DNA of 64,000 nt from Squalus acanthias (GCA_030390025.1 CM059432.1:153576001-153640000), one strand, 5' to 3'; shown: positions 32,706 through 45,655, counted from the stretch's first letter. A program made the numbers and translations. The notes: generated by a model from the letters alone, not told the origin.

Positions 32706-35687
32706 TTGCAGGGGAATGGGAACCTATGTAGCGAAACAGGGGGAAGTAATATGCAGTCAGAAACAAATGTTAGAAGGGTGAGAAACAATAGGGGAAGGCC
32801 GAGTAAACAAAGGCAAGAAACACAAAGGGCCATACTAAATCATAAGTCTAAAAGGACAAAGGATGTTAATAAAACAAGCCTAAAGGCTCTGTGTCTTAAT
32901 GCAAGGAGTATCCGTAATAAGGTGGATGAATTGACTGTGCAAATAGATGTTAACGGATACGATGTGATTGGGATTACAGAGACGTGGCTCCAGAACAATC
33001 AAGGCTGGGAACTGAACATCCAGGGGTATTCAACATTCAGAAAGGATAGAATAAAAGGAAAAGGGGGTGGGGTAGCATTGCTGGTTAAAGAGGAGATTAA
33101 TGCAATAGCTAGGAAGGACATCAGCTTGGAGGATGTGGAATCAATATGGGTTGAGCTGCAGAACACCAAAGGGCAGAAAACGTTAGTGGGAGTTGTGTAC
33201 AGACCTCCAAACAGCAGTAGTGAGGTGGGGGAGGGTATGAAACAGGAAATCAGAGGTGCGTGCAAAAAAGGCACGGCAGTTATCATGGGTGACTTTAATA
33301 TGCATATAGATTGGGCTACTCAAACTGGAAGCAATACGGTGGAGGAGGATTTCCTGGAGTGTTTAAGGGATGGTTTCCTAAACCAATATGTTGAGGAACC
33401 AACTCGAGGGGAGGCCATCCTGGACTGGGTGTTGTGTAATGAGGAAGGACTAATCAGCAATCTTGTGGTACGAGGCCCCCTGGGGAAGAGTGACCATAGT
33501 ATGGTGGAGTTCTACATTAGGATGGAGAAGGAAACAGTTAAGTCAGAGACCATGGTCCAGAACTTAAATAAGGGCAACTTTGAGGGTATGAGGCGTGAAT
33601 TGGCGAGGTTAAATTGGCAAACGATATTTAAGGGGCTATCAGTGGAAGGGCAATGGCAGACATTTAGAGATCGCATGGATGAACTACAACAATTGTACAT
33701 CCCGGTCTGGCGTAAAAATAAAAAAGGGAAGGTGGCTCAACCATGGCTAACAAGGGAAATCAGGGATAGTATTAAAACCAAGGAAGTTGCATACAAATTG
33801 GCCAGAAGTAGCAGCAAACCCGGGGACTGGGAGAACTTCAAAACTCAGCAGAGGAGGACGAAGGGTTTGATTAGGGCAGGGAAAATAAAATATGAAAGGA
33901 AGCTTGCAGAGAACATTAAAATGGACAGCAAAAGCTTCTATAAATATGTAAAAAGAAAGAGGTTAGTAAAAACAAACGTAGGTCCCCTGCAGTCGGAAAC
34001 AGGGGAAGTCGTAATGGGGAACAAGGAAATGGCAGATCAATTGAACAAGTACTTTGGTTCGGTGTTTACTGTGGAGGACACACACAACCTGCCGGAAATA
34101 AAAGGGGTCAGAGGATCTGGTAAGAGGGAGGAGCTGAGGGAAATCCTTATTAGTCGGGAAAAGGTATTGGGGAAATTGATGGGACTGAAGGCTGAAAAAT
34201 CCCCGGGGCCTGATGGTCTGCATCCCAGAGTACTTAAGGAGTTGGCCTTGGAAATAGTGGATGCATTGACGATCATTTTCCAACATTCCTTAGACTCTGG
34301 ATCAGTTCCGATGGAGTGGAGGGTGGCCAATGTAACCCCTCTTTTTAAAAAAGGAGGGAGGGAGAAAGCAGGGAATTATAGACCGGTCAGCCTGACATCG
34401 GTCGTGGGTAAAATGATGGAAGCAATTATTAAAGATGTCATAACAGACCATTTGGAAAGTGGCGACATGATAGGTCCAAGTCAGCATGGATTTGTGAAAG
34501 GGAAATCATGCTTGACAAATCTTCTGGAATTTTTTGAGGATGTTTCCAATAGGGTGGACAGGGGGGAACCAGTAGATGTGGTGTATTTGGACTTTCAGAA
34601 GGCCTTCGACAAGGTTCCACACAAGAGATTGGTGAGCAAATTTAAAGCACATGGGATTGGGGGTAATGTGTTGACGTGGATTGAGAACTGGTTGGCACAC
34701 AGGAAACAAAGAGTAGGAGTAAATGGGTACTTTTCAGAATGGCAGGCAGTGACCAGCGGGGTACCGCAGGGTTCGGTGCTGGGACCCCAGCTGTTTACAT
34801 TATATATTAATGATTTGGACGAAGGGATTAAATGTAATATCTCCAAATTTGCAGATGACACTAAATTGGGAGGCAGTGTGAACAATGAGGAGGATGCTAG
34901 GAGGCTACAGAGTGACTTGGACAGGTTGGGTGAATGGGCAAATGTATGGCAGATGAAGTACAATGTGGATAAATGTGAGGTTATCCACTTTGGTGGTAAA
35001 AATAGAGAGGCGGACTATTACCTGAATGGTGGCAGATTAGGGAAAGGGGAGGTGCAACGAGACCTGGGAATCATGGTACATCAGTCATTGAAGGTGGGAA
35101 TGCAAGTGCAGCAGGCAGTCAAGAAAGCAAACGGAATGATGGCCTTCATAGTAAGGGGATTTGAGTACAGGAGTAGGGAGGTGATGCTGCAGTTGTACAG
35201 GGCCTTGGTGAGGCCACACCTGGAGTATTGTGCGCAGTTTTGGTCTCCTAACTTAAGGAAGGACATTCTTGCTATTGAGGGAGTGCAACGAAGGTTCACT
35301 AGATTGATTCCTGGGATGGCCGGACTGACATATCAAGAAAGATTGGGTCAACTGAACTTGTATCCTCTGGAGTTCAGAAGAATGAGGGGGGATCTTATAG
35401 AGACATTTAAAATCCTGACTGGTTTAGACAAATTAGATGCGGGCAGAATGTTCCCAATGGTAGGGAAAACTAGAACCAGGGGTCACAGTCTAAGGATTAA
35501 GGGGAAGCCATTTAGGACTGAGCTGAGGAGGAACTTCTTCACCCAGAGAGTGGTGAATCTATGGAATTCTCTTCCACAGAAGGTTGTTGAGGCCAGTTCG
35601 CTAAATATATTCAAAAGGGAGTTAGATATAACACTCACAACTAGGGGGATCAAGAGGTATGGCGAGAAAGCAGGAATGGGGTACTGA
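32706..35687 (+). CDS. CR1 ORF2p: AP endonuclease + reverse transcriptase (993 aa, no stops)
   Basis: EN motifs LNARSI, ITETWL, MGDFN, SDH; RT motifs GPDG, NYRPVSLTS, LDFQKAFD, GVPQGSVLGP, FADD. Confidence 0.96.
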   Translation: MQGNGNLCSETGGSNMQSETNVRRVRNNRGRPSKQRQETQRAILNHKSKRTKDVNKTSLKALCLNARSIRNKVDELTVQIDVNGYDVIGITETWLQNNQGWELNIQGYSTFRKDRIKGKGGGVALLVKEEINAIARKDISLEDVESIWVELQNTKGQKTLVGVVYRPPNSSSEVGEGMKQEIRGACKKGTAVIMGDFNMHIDWATQTGSNTVEEDFLECLRDGFLNQYVEEPTRGEAILDWVLCNEEGLISNLVVRGPLGKSDHSMVEFYIRMEKETVKSETMVQNLNKGNFEGMRRELARLNWQTIFKGLSVEGQWQTFRDRMDELQQLYIPVWRKNKKGKVAQPWLTREIRDSIKTKEVAYKLARSSSKPGDWENFKTQQRRTKGLIRAGKIKYERKLAENIKMDSKSFYKYVKRKRLVKTNVGPLQSETGEVVMGNKEMADQLNKYFGSVFTVEDTHNLPEIKGVRGSGKREELREILISREKVLGKLMGLKAEKSPGPDGLHPRVLKELALEIVDALTIIFQHSLDSGSVPMEWRVANVTPLFKKGGREKAGNYRPVSLTSVVGKMMEAIIKDVITDHLESGDMIGPSQHGFVKGKSCLTNLLEFFEDVSNRVDRGEPVDVVYLDFQKAFDKVPHKRLVSKFKAHGIGGNVLTWIENWLAHRKQRVGVNGYFSEWQAVTSGVPQGSVLGPQLFTLYINDLDEGIKCNISKFADDTKLGGSVNNEEDARRLQSDLDRLGEWANVWQMKYNVDKCEVIHFGGKNREADYYLNGGRLGKGEVQRDLGIMVHQSLKVGMQVQQAVKKANGMMAFIVRGFEYRSREVMLQLYRALVRPHLEYCAQFWSPNLRKDILAIEGVQRRFTRLIPGMAGLTYQERLGQLNLYPLEFRRMRGDLIETFKILTGLDKLDAGRMFPMVGKTRTRGHSLRIKGKPFRTELRRNFFTQRVVNLWNSLPQKVVEASSLNIFKRELDITLTTRGIKRYGEKAGMGY

Positions 35688-37898
35688 GGTAGCATGTTCA
35701 GCCATGAACGCATTGAATGGCGGTGCAGGCTCGAAGGACCGAATGGTCTACTCCTGTACCTATTTTCTATGTTTCTATGTTTCTATGTATGGGTCCTTGG
35801 ATCTGCAGGGCACTGCTAACTGCACGACAGCACCCATATTAAGTGCTGAACTTTTTTTCTCCACTGCAGGGACTGGGATATTGATCTTCAACTTTACTCT
35901 TCTTGCTTTCAGAGCACAATCCAGGAGACTCTCTAGGGAAAGGGAATCCTGAAAATTTTAGTCCAAGCTCAAACCAACACTAGAAATATCCATTGTTGGA
36001 GCAGAAGGGGTTGAGTGTGAAAGATTGAGATCCTGGGTTAGAATGTTAAGGGTGAGTAGCTAAACAGTGCTGAATGGTTTCACGTCAAGAATCCACAGTT
36101 ACAAAGAAGTGACAAGACATTGTTGCTAAGCACCCTGGAAGACTGACCGAGTTGAATTTCTTTCTGACTTGGCTCATATATACTTGGAACCAAGATGCCA
36201 AAGTCAAACCCTCCACAGTTACACTGACATCAGCCTCTGCCCCAGGGAGATAGTTCAAATACCAAACTGAAACAACATTGGCACAGAGCTTCAATGTCAA
36301 GGGAAGCACAGTCAGAGGAATGCTATAGTGTTGTATTTTTCAGACTAGAGTTGCAACCTTCAGTGGTGAGTCTCAGTCCTACAGATCAGAAGGTGATCCG
36401 GGACTAACCTCTGGATTAGAACCAAGGAACAAACATAGGAAAATATGGTGGAGTCATCACCTTGTGGGTAGAGAGGAAGTATCCACTCAGACTACTCCCA
36501 TCATGGCACAGCAGGACTCTTGTATCTTCCCTAAAACAACAACTGTCATGTGAGCTCTGGAAATAAGGACCCTATTTGTGGGAGCTGAGAGAGAAAGCTT
36601 GACACTGGAACAGGCTAATAAAATAATGGTAATCATGGACAACTGCTTTGTCCTCTGGTCCTATATTATGGGACTTCCTGTGAGAGAGCAATTAGCTCCA
36701 AGCCATTTTAAGACATGGATACATAACAACATCAGCAAGAGTGGTTAACTTAACTATGTTTGGATCCACAAGGTTGCAAACATTTTTTTTAAATATTCTT
36801 GAAATGGTTTTGAAACCATATATTTCTTAACAGAATGAAAACAAAAAAACTAAGGTTATAAAAAATTTGAAGAACATTGTTTTAAAAAAAAGTTTCAAAC
36901 TGAACCATAAGGCCTAACGTAAACCAAAATAATGAATATATTATACTATATAAACATATGTAGCTAATTGAACCACTATTTTTTAAACTGCAAAATTAAA
37001 AAGGTAAACACTTCTTTACTGACTGAAGATAATTCCGATCATACTGAATGACTCACACTGAATTCAGTAGAAAAAGGATTGCGGTTGATTGTTGGGCATA
37101 ATTTGTTTAGTACAAGTCAGTGGCTCCATTCATGAATTGTATTAGCATGATCCACATTTCAATCTTCCCAAAGCCGCCTGAAGGCATGAGGTCAAAGCTA
37201 AAGCCCTGATTTTAACCCCACCACTCCTGACAAGAATAGGGCGTGTTGAAGGTTAAAATAGGGTCAGTGCACTTACCTCCCTGTTGGCGTTGCACACCCG
37301 TCAGCTGCTATTTTAACTCCCAGGTTTCGAGAGGCTTTTGAGGCCCTCGCCACAGGCAGGTGAGAACCTCATAAATATTCAGAAATCGACGTCCGATTAC
37401 GTCATTCGGACCCCAATACTATTTTAACATTGGGCCGAGCGACTCACCCACAATGCTGAATGTGCCCGGGAAAGCTGGGGGGAATTTTAACCTGGAGGGG
37501 CGCGTGGGTTTGGGTGTGGGGTTAAAACCGGCAAAAATGCGAGTGCATCGGGAAGCCGGCTCCAACCCGCCAACTTCTGCGTTTAACTCGGGCGCATTAG
37601 GCTGCTTGCATGCAACCCCCTCGGGAGAGGCGGGTTCCTATTAACATATGCTAATCACTCAATTGGAGCGATATTTCAACACAGTTTTAAATTTAACAGG
37701 TTTCCCAGGCTTCCTGAAACTCGTCAGTGAAAGCAAGGCGAGAACACAGTGGCAATTGAGGGGGCTAATTAAAACTCATGGAAATACTGCAATAAATACA
37801 CAGCTGTTTCCTTACCTACTAGTGGGAAAGGGTTTGTTCACAGTATTTTTGCTGAGAGTTTACTTTCTACACTTTGGAGGTTTTCTGAATCACATCAG

Positions 37899-38869
37899 AA
37901 TGGGTAGCACCTTGGCTGTCTTAGATTGGACCTCGGACGAAGCGCAATATGACCAGCACCAGCAGCAGCAACAGCAGCAGCAGCTGGAACACCTGCAGCA
38001 GCAACAGCAGCAGCAGCTGTTGGAACACCTGCAGCTGGACAGCAGACAAAGAAGCAGCAGAGGGCTGCAGCTCGCAGAAGGCACTACCTGCGACACACGG
38101 TGTACAGGCAGTTCTTCAGGAAGCTCAGGTTGTCGCGTCAGGTGGTGGCAGACATCTGCAGTTTCCTAGAAGAAGACTGCTCCTTGTTGGACCTGGTGGC
38201 CACGCGTTACCAGTGGCTGTCAAAGTCACCACCGCCCTCAACTTTTGTGCCTCTGGATCCTGCCAGAGCTTTGCTAGAAACATGTCCAGGATCTCCTAGC
38301 CGGCGGCCCACAAATGCATAAGACATGTGACTGATTGATTGTTTGTCAGGCCAGCAATGATGTGAACTTCACCTGCAATGAAGCCAGTCAGAGTGAGCAG
38401 GCGCTCAGGTTTGCATCTCTGGCTGGCTTCCCACACGTGGCAATCCGCGCACCTCCAGATCAACCAGGAGTATTCGTGAACCGCAAGGGCTTCTACTCCA
38501 TCAATGTGCAGCTGGTGTGCAACCACAAAAAGATATTTCTGCAGGTGTGTGCAAGATTTCCGGGCAGCTGCTTTCGTCCTGCGGCAGTCCAAGCTCCCTG
38601 CTGTCTTTGGACCTGCAAGCACACTTAAGAGGTGGCTGCTAGGAGGCAAGGTATACCCACTTCAAACTTGGCTGATGAGACCAGTCAGAAACCCAAACAG
38701 TGAAGCCCAACAGCGCTACAATGAATGCCATATGACCACCAGATGTGTGATCGAACAAGCCATCGGCATGCTGAAGATGCACTTCACGTACCTAGACAGA
38801 TCTGGAGGCGCCCTTCAGTACACACCAGACAGGTTCTGCTGTGTTCTTCACAACATGACACAGCAATGA
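37899..38869 (+). pseudogene. Harbinger transposase pseudogene (copy B)
   Basis: [62 protein letters not shown]; the first catalytic DCTH block is deleted; frameshifts. Confidence 0.88.
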
Positions 38870-39263
38870 GGTTTGGACCTCAGAGTGCAGATCATCTACG
38901 GATGATTCCGAAGAGGAGGAGGAAGGTGATGAGGGCAATGCAGCACCAACAGCACACATTGCTGCCTGGGATGCGAGAGATGCCTTTATTTATGCATGGT
39001 TCACTCAGGTTGCACCAGTGGACTGATGTCAGAACCACATGCAACAGCCACTCTTCCAGCCCCCCACCCCCCCCACCCCGCAATGCCACTGACACAAAGC
39101 AGTCCTGCAAACAACCAACCACCCCTTGCACATCCCCCCATTGGTCCCCATCAATTCACGTCTTCCCATTCATCATCAAGCAAGTTAAAAGGCGACTTGT
39201 CACCCAGCAACCAAGAATGGGCAAGTCGGTAAAGTGGTGCAAAAGAATAACATTTGTGTGATT

Positions 39264-40900
39264 CTAAAGAACAGAAACTTCACAACATAACATTTTCTCG
39301 CACACCCATGTGCATATCCTTGTGCAAGTACAAAGCTTTACTCTTCCTTTTCCTTCTGCTCCTACGTGGTGCAACCCCTGTGGCTTCAGCAGAGGTAGAG
39401 GCAGCTGCTCAGATCCCTGCTCTGACTGCTGAGATGCTCTTGGCCAACGCCCTCTGGGTTTTGGTGAGGGCCCCACCAAAGACTGCTCCACCTCTGCAGG
39501 GGCAGACTCGGCCATTGGGAGATGAGGCAACATGTCAGGTACTGACTGGGGGGGAGGGGGGGGCAACAGGTGAGAAGTGGAAGCGCTTTGAGTGGAGTTC
39601 CCACTTCCATGACCCCTTTTGCCATCATCTCTCTCATGGGCCAGCTGCACTTCACTGCTACCACTGTGCTGGAGAGCACTTTGGTGCGGATCAGTGCAGC
39701 GCTGTATGGCCAAGGCTAAGGTATCTGTCATCCTATTTAAGGCGCAGACATGTTAGCATCCAGAGTGTGCATGGCTGTGGTCAAGTCGTGCATGGACTCA
39801 TTTGATAGCCACATTTGATGTTCCACGGGGCTGGCCACTCTATGCATGCAAGAAGACACCATCGCAATGCTCTGTGATATCAACCCACTCATGCTTGAGG
39901 TGGACTCCTTCATTCTCTCTGCAATCATGGTCAATGTGCTTGAAAGGCCTGTCAGTACATCACACATTCTCTGCTGCTCCTCAATGATTATCCTTTTCAA
40001 GCACCCTCAGAACGAATCAGCTCCTCTGAGGATTCACCGTCCACGAGGACCATGGACTCCTGCTGCGCGCCTGCCGGAAAGGAAAAATATGAATTAGTAC
40101 TGGCAAGTTAAGAATGCTGCAACTTATCATTATGAAGATGATCATATTTCACTCGCAGTTGAAATCAAGTCAACATGACTGAGTGCCGTATGACATGTGG
40201 GTCGCTGATATTTAATTATGTCACCAGATAGCTGGGAGGTCCCTGTTTCCCCATCTCTGACTGCCAGGGATGCCGAAACGCCACTGATGTCCAGCACTTC
40301 CTCCTCTGCAGTTGTTAGCTGTGAGATCTGTGGAGGACCACCCTTGGTTCTCTCCCTCTCCCTCTTGCTCTGTGCTCTCTTCTCCTGCAACGGGGAAAAA
40401 AACAGACCTATGAGTGACTTTAATGCAATGTGTTCACCCGATGGATGCAGTGCATTTGGTGAGGGAGAGGCATAAAATTGCATAAAGATGAGTGAGTGGC
40501 AGTGGAGAATGGAGAGATGGGGATGTGAGGAAGTCCAAAGAAGGAGGATGGGTGCGCTTGCAAGTGGGTGTGAGGAGTGATGGAGTAGGCTTGACAAGGC
40601 AGAGTGAGGGGGTGGGGTGATGCGCACAGCAGGATGTAGGTGAATGTGCAACTGTACTCGCCATTCCTGAGCTGGTTAGGTCATTAAGGCAGTTACTGCA
40701 CTGAATCCAGGAGCGTGGCACAATGCTCCTGCTGCTGACCTCCTGGGCCACCTCCAGCCATGCCTTCTTTGTGGCAGCAGCAGGTTTCTTCCTCCCGTTG
40801 CTGGGTAAGGGTATCTCTCCCTTACTCCTCACAGACCCCAGCAGTACATCAAGCGATGCATCATTACATCAAGGCAGCCCTTGACCGTCATTAATCCATC
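39264..40900 (-). pseudogene. Myb/SANT-like second gene of copy B (spliced)
   Basis: TKKAWLEVAQEVSSRSIVPRSWIQC..LNDL, followed after an acceptor (ccgttgcag) by EKRAQSKRERERTKGGPPQISQLTTAEEEVL. Confidence 0.8.
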
Positions 40901-42921
40901 ATGAAACTTCTTCCTCCCTTGCTTCCAACTCCTCCAAATTCCATTTTTGGATTATCCCATTAAATACTCGAGGTGAGACCGCATCATGCGAGTCCTCATC
41001 AAGCCCGCTGCAGCGCATTTGACGCCAAACCTAGAAGTAAAATGATAATGAGGTGGCTGCATTAAAATGTCACAGACAAGACATGCTGAAATTCCCACAC
41101 GATATCGGACCCCCCCCCCCACACCAACGCGCCTCCGAGTTAATATTGGGGCGCTGGTGTCAATAGGATCCAGGGCCACAAGAAGCGCAGCAAGCCAAGT
41201 TTTAGTTAGTTTTTAATGCTTTCCTGGTGGATCAGGTGGTGCAGGAATGCTCCTCCGGGCCCCACATGAAAACCTTGGAACACCTCCTGCCATGGGCTCC
41301 CTCGCTCCCCCGATCGCGATTGCTTGCTGACCCACACTTAACACCTACCTTAGTAATCAAGGGGGTCCTCGGCAGCGGCCTCCTGAAATCCCACTCCCAC
41401 CCGTCAGCCTCCTCCTCATTCCCACTGGGATTGGGCGACTCTCCTTGAAATGGTAATGAAGCCCAGGGTTTCAAATGGCCCGGGCATCACAGCAGTGCAG
41501 CTTTGGAGCTGGTCACTCGCCCTGCCCCTTTTCCCTTCCACGCCCCAGTTAAAATCACGGCTTAAGTTGGTATGGAAGCACCAACTGATAATAGAATTCA
41601 AACACTATTTATCTTTTCAAAACCATTTCAACAACAGGCTCCCAAAACAGCGTGATGATTGTGTGAAGAATATTTTTATAGCATTACTTTGCCAAACAAT
41701 TTGTTGTTTCCAATTTTGAAACTGTATTCCTTAGAATGTCTGCTTCAGCTAACTTCTTGCATGTATGGCAAAACCATTGACTTATCTCCACATGGTTGGA
41801 TCTCGCTGAACAATGAATTGTGTTGACTCTTTGTCAGTACTGACCAACAAAAGAGTGGCAGCACTTCTTTTAAAGAGATGGAAAGAAACTGGTTTCCTCT
41901 CCCTGTGACAAATACAGTGGGACCCATAGAAATTATCTCACTCATACAGAAATGTATCCTCTGAAAAAAAGTGTACCCTTTTCTTTTCTTGGATGTGATC
42001 CTTTGCCCAAGAATGTTGAATCAGCAATAGAGATTTAATTCATAATTACTTGATTTTATACAGTCTGTATACACAGCAAGCTTCATTCAACCATATACAA
42101 GGGAAAATAAAAAGGCAAAGTGCACAAAAACAATATTTAATGAGATTCTGTTTTGACAAGCTCTGGTCCATCAGCTCAAATTATGTTAAATTAGCTCCGC
42201 ACACAAAGCCAAGACCCATTTCTTGCCTGTAACAAGAAGTTAACCTTTAGGTGACCCTTCTAAGTCCTATAAATACACTGAATTCACACGTTATAAAACA
42301 CACTTTTCCATAAGGAATGGAATTAAATAATCATCTTAATGTAGGTACTTTGACAAAGGAAGAAATGGCAACATGCCAATAAAAGACGAGAATTAGAAAG
42401 CAATTTTATTTTAAGAACACTTCTGCAATATCTTAGTCACTGTAAATACTTTATAAGCAATTAGTAGATTTTCTTCAATGAGAATCCACCACTACTTTTG
42501 TTAATCAGATATGTATGCTGACAATCAAGCACAGTTTTAATTCTCTAAGCTTTTCACTAAACACAGAGACAATCAATGTTTAGGGAATGTTCAACATATA
42601 ATTACTGCATAAGGCCCCTTTATTTTTAAAGTTGACTGACCTAGGGTTGGTGATGGTTAAAATAAATAACTTTTAGTTACTGCCACAAATTGTGAGAAAT
42701 TAAATATGCTTTAGAATATGCTCGTTTGTCATCCACTCTGCTAAGCAAAGAGGGTAGGATTTCAGATCCTTTTTCAGACAGCCAAGTGTCTGACATGCAT
42801 GGAAATCTATCATCATGCCTAAGAGTCTCCAACCCAAACTAATGACAAATCCACAGTCTCAGGGCAGTCCTTTCCTCCATCATAAGGCCAGATGGGGGGG
42901 TGGGGGGTGGGGGGCGGGGGG

Positions 42922-43836
42922 CGGTGTTCGCTGATGATTGCGCAGTGTTCAGTTCCATTCGCAATTCCTCAGATAATGAAGCAGTCCATGTCCACGTGCA
43001 GCAAGACCTGGACAACATTCAGGCTTGGGCTGATAAGTGGCAAGTAACATTTGCGCCACACAAGTGCATGGCAATGACCATCTACAACAAGAGAAAGTCT
43101 AACCACCTCCCCTTGACATTCAATGGTATTACCATCATCAAATCCCCCACCATCAACATCCTGGGGTTCACCATTGACCAGAAACTTAACTGGACCAGCC
43201 ACATAAATACTGTGGCTACAAGAGCAGGTCAGAGGCTGGGTATTCTGCCACGAGTGACTCTCCTCCTGACTCCTCAAAACCTTTCCACCGTCTACAAAGC
43301 ACAAGTAAGGAGTGTGATGGCATACTCTCCACTTGCCTGGACGAGTGCAGCTCCAATAACACTCAAGAAGCTTGACACCATTCAGGACAAAGCAGCCCGC
43401 TCGATTGGCACCCCATCCACCACCTTAAATATTCACTCCCTTCACCACCGGCACACCGTGGCTGCAGTGTGTACCATCTACAAGATGCACTGCAGCAATT
43501 TGCCTAGGCTCTTCGACAGCACCTCCCAAACCTACGACCTCTACCACCTAGAAGGACAAGGGCATCAGGCGCCTGGGAACACCACCACCTCCAAGTTCCC
43601 CTCCAAGTCACACAACATCATGACGTGGAAGTATATCGCTGTTCCTTCATCGTCCCTGGGTCAAAATCCTGGAACTCCCTCCCTAACAGCACTGTGGGAA
43701 TACCCTCACCACATGATTGGTTCACAGCAGTTCAAGAAGGCGGCTCACCACCACCGTCTCAGGGGAAATTAGGGATGGGCAATAAATGCTGGCCTTGTCT
43801 GTGACACCCACATCCCATGAATGAATTAAAAAAAAC
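42922..43836 (+). mobile_element. Second LINE family, truncated at FADD
   Basis: ORF 42900..43772 (VFADDC...WADKWQ). Confidence 0.9.
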
Positions 43837-44291
43837 ACAGGAAGAGTTTCTATTTGTCCAAAATAGATTGTATATTCTCTCCCCGTAGAGACACACCCCA
43901 GGGAACTTGGGTGCATGTTGGCAGAGCCATGGCTTGGGGACCAAGTATTCACAAAGGCACTTCTGGGCTTTAACCACTCAGTTTACCAGCACAGAGCACT
44001 GGTAATCCTCACACCGTTTGTCCTTCCAGGATCACCATTACCATTAGGGCATTGGTTTGTATGTTTATCTTGAGTTAACTGAGAAGAATCTCAGCTCCTA
44101 GGGACAAGCCTATCCCTCCATTCCACATGAAGGAGCTAGGCTGGCTGGTCAATCATCAGCAGTGCTCTAAAGGACTGTGGAACAGTCTGACTCAGTATCA
44201 GAGTACCAAGTCTGCCACTGAAGGCTGGATCAGTTTCAATCTTCCAGCAGCAGGCATGTTATTTTGGTGCCTACTCAATCGTGAAGAGCTC

Positions 44292-45310
44292 CCAACAACC
44301 TTCTGCTCCCCCTCCATCCCCACCCCCCCACAACCTTCTGCTCCCCCTCCATCCCCACCCCCCCAACAACCTTCTGCTCCCCCTCCATTCCCACCCCCAA
44401 CAACCTTCTGCTCCCCCTCCATCCCCACCGTCCCACCAACCTTCTGCACCCCTCCATCCCCACCATCCCACCAACCTTCTGCACCCCCTCCATCCCCACC
44501 CCCCCAACAACCTTCTGCTCCCCCTCCATACCCACCCCCCCAACAACCTTCTGCACCCCTCCATCCCCACCAACCTTCTGCTCCCCTCCATCCCCACCCC
44601 CCCAACAACCTTCTGCTCCCCTCCATCCCCACCCCCCCAACAACCTTCTGCTCCCCTCCATCCCCACCCCCCCACCAACCTTCTGCACCCCTCCATCCCC
44701 ACCCCCCCAACAACCTTCTGCTCCCCCTCCATACCCACCCCCCAACAACCTTCTGCACCCCTCCATCCCCACCAACCTTCTGCTCCCCCTCCTACCCCAC
44801 CTCCCCACCAACCTTCTGCACCCCCTCCATTCCCACCCCCCCACCAACCTTCTGCGGCCCCTCCATCCCCACCCCCCCACCAACCTTCTGCTCCCCTCCA
44901 TCCCCACCCCCCCACCAACCTTCTGCACCCCTCCATCCCCACCCCCCCAACAACCTTCTGCTCCCCCTCCATACCCACCCCCCAACAACCTTCTGCACCC
45001 CTCCATCCCCACCAACCTTCTGCTCCCCCTCCTACCCCACCTCCCCACCAACCTTCTGCACCCCCTCCATTCCCACCCCCCCACCAACCTTCTGCACCCC
45101 CTCCTTTCCCACCCCCACACCAACCTTCTGCGGCCCCTCCATCCCCACCCCCCCACCAACCTTCTGCTCCCCCTCCATCCCCACCCCCCCACCAACCTTC
45201 TGCTCCCCCTCCATTCCCACCCCCCCACCAACCTTCTGCGGCCCCTCCATCCCCACCCTCCCACCAACCTTCTGCTCCCCCTCCATCCCCACCCCCCTCC
45301 CCCGCCCCCC
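44292..45310. repeat. C-rich minisatellite, ~25-35 bp unit CCAACCTTCTGC(T/A)CCCCTCCATCCCCACCCCCCA
   Basis: Directly visible; includes a 240-bp higher-order duplication (about 44641-44880 repeated at 44881-45120). Confidence 0.95.
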
Positions 45311-45344
45311 AGAAGGACAGTTGGTTGTTAGAGAAATTCCAGAG

Positions 45345-45655
45345 TTTGAGCTCTTTTAGGTGAGAAGTTAAACCAAGGCACCGTCTGCCCTATCAGGTGG
45401 ACGTAAAAGATCCCATAGCACTATTTCAAAGAAGATCAGGAGAGTTCTCTCCAGTGTCCTTGCAAATATTTATCACTCAACCAATAGCACTGAAACAGAT
45501 TATCAGATTATTAATCTCATTGCTGTTTGTGGGACCTTGCTGTGTGCAAATTGGATGCCGTGTTTCCTACATTACAACAGTGGCTACATTTCAAAAGTAC
45601 TTCACTGTCTGTAAAGCTCTTTGAGACGTCCTGTTGTTGTGGAAGATGCTTTAAT
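45345..45655 (+). mobile_element. Deu-domain SINE, 5'-truncated
   Basis: Deu core and tail. Confidence 0.8.

Larger units (their letters stand above)
31216..35791 (+). mobile_element. Near full-length CR1-clade LINE (HER1-like) with monomeric 5' UTR, ORF1, ORF2 and (TTTCTATG)n tail
   Basis: Two adjacent long ORFs and a CR1-type 3' UTR ending in TTTCTATG repeats. TGGG at both ends may be a short TSD or microhomology. Confidence 0.95.
37478..41152 (+). mobile_element. PIF/Harbinger transposon copy B (second family, decayed)
   Basis: Imperfect TIRs GGGGGAATTTTAACCTGGAGGGCGCGTGG / revcomp GCCCCAATATTAACTCGGAGGCGCGTTGG, flanked by GCTG direct repeats (37474-37477, 41153-41156). Confidence 0.85.
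37202..41562. mobile_element. Harbinger-type MITE that hosts copy B
   Basis: TIRs AGCCCTGATTTTAAC / GTTAAAATCACGGCT; TAA TSD at 37199-37201 and 41563-41565. Confidence 0.8.

Noticed and set aside
44127..45363. Long Pro/Gly-rich ORFs on both strands
   Set aside because: By-products of a stop-free minisatellite; open in most frames.
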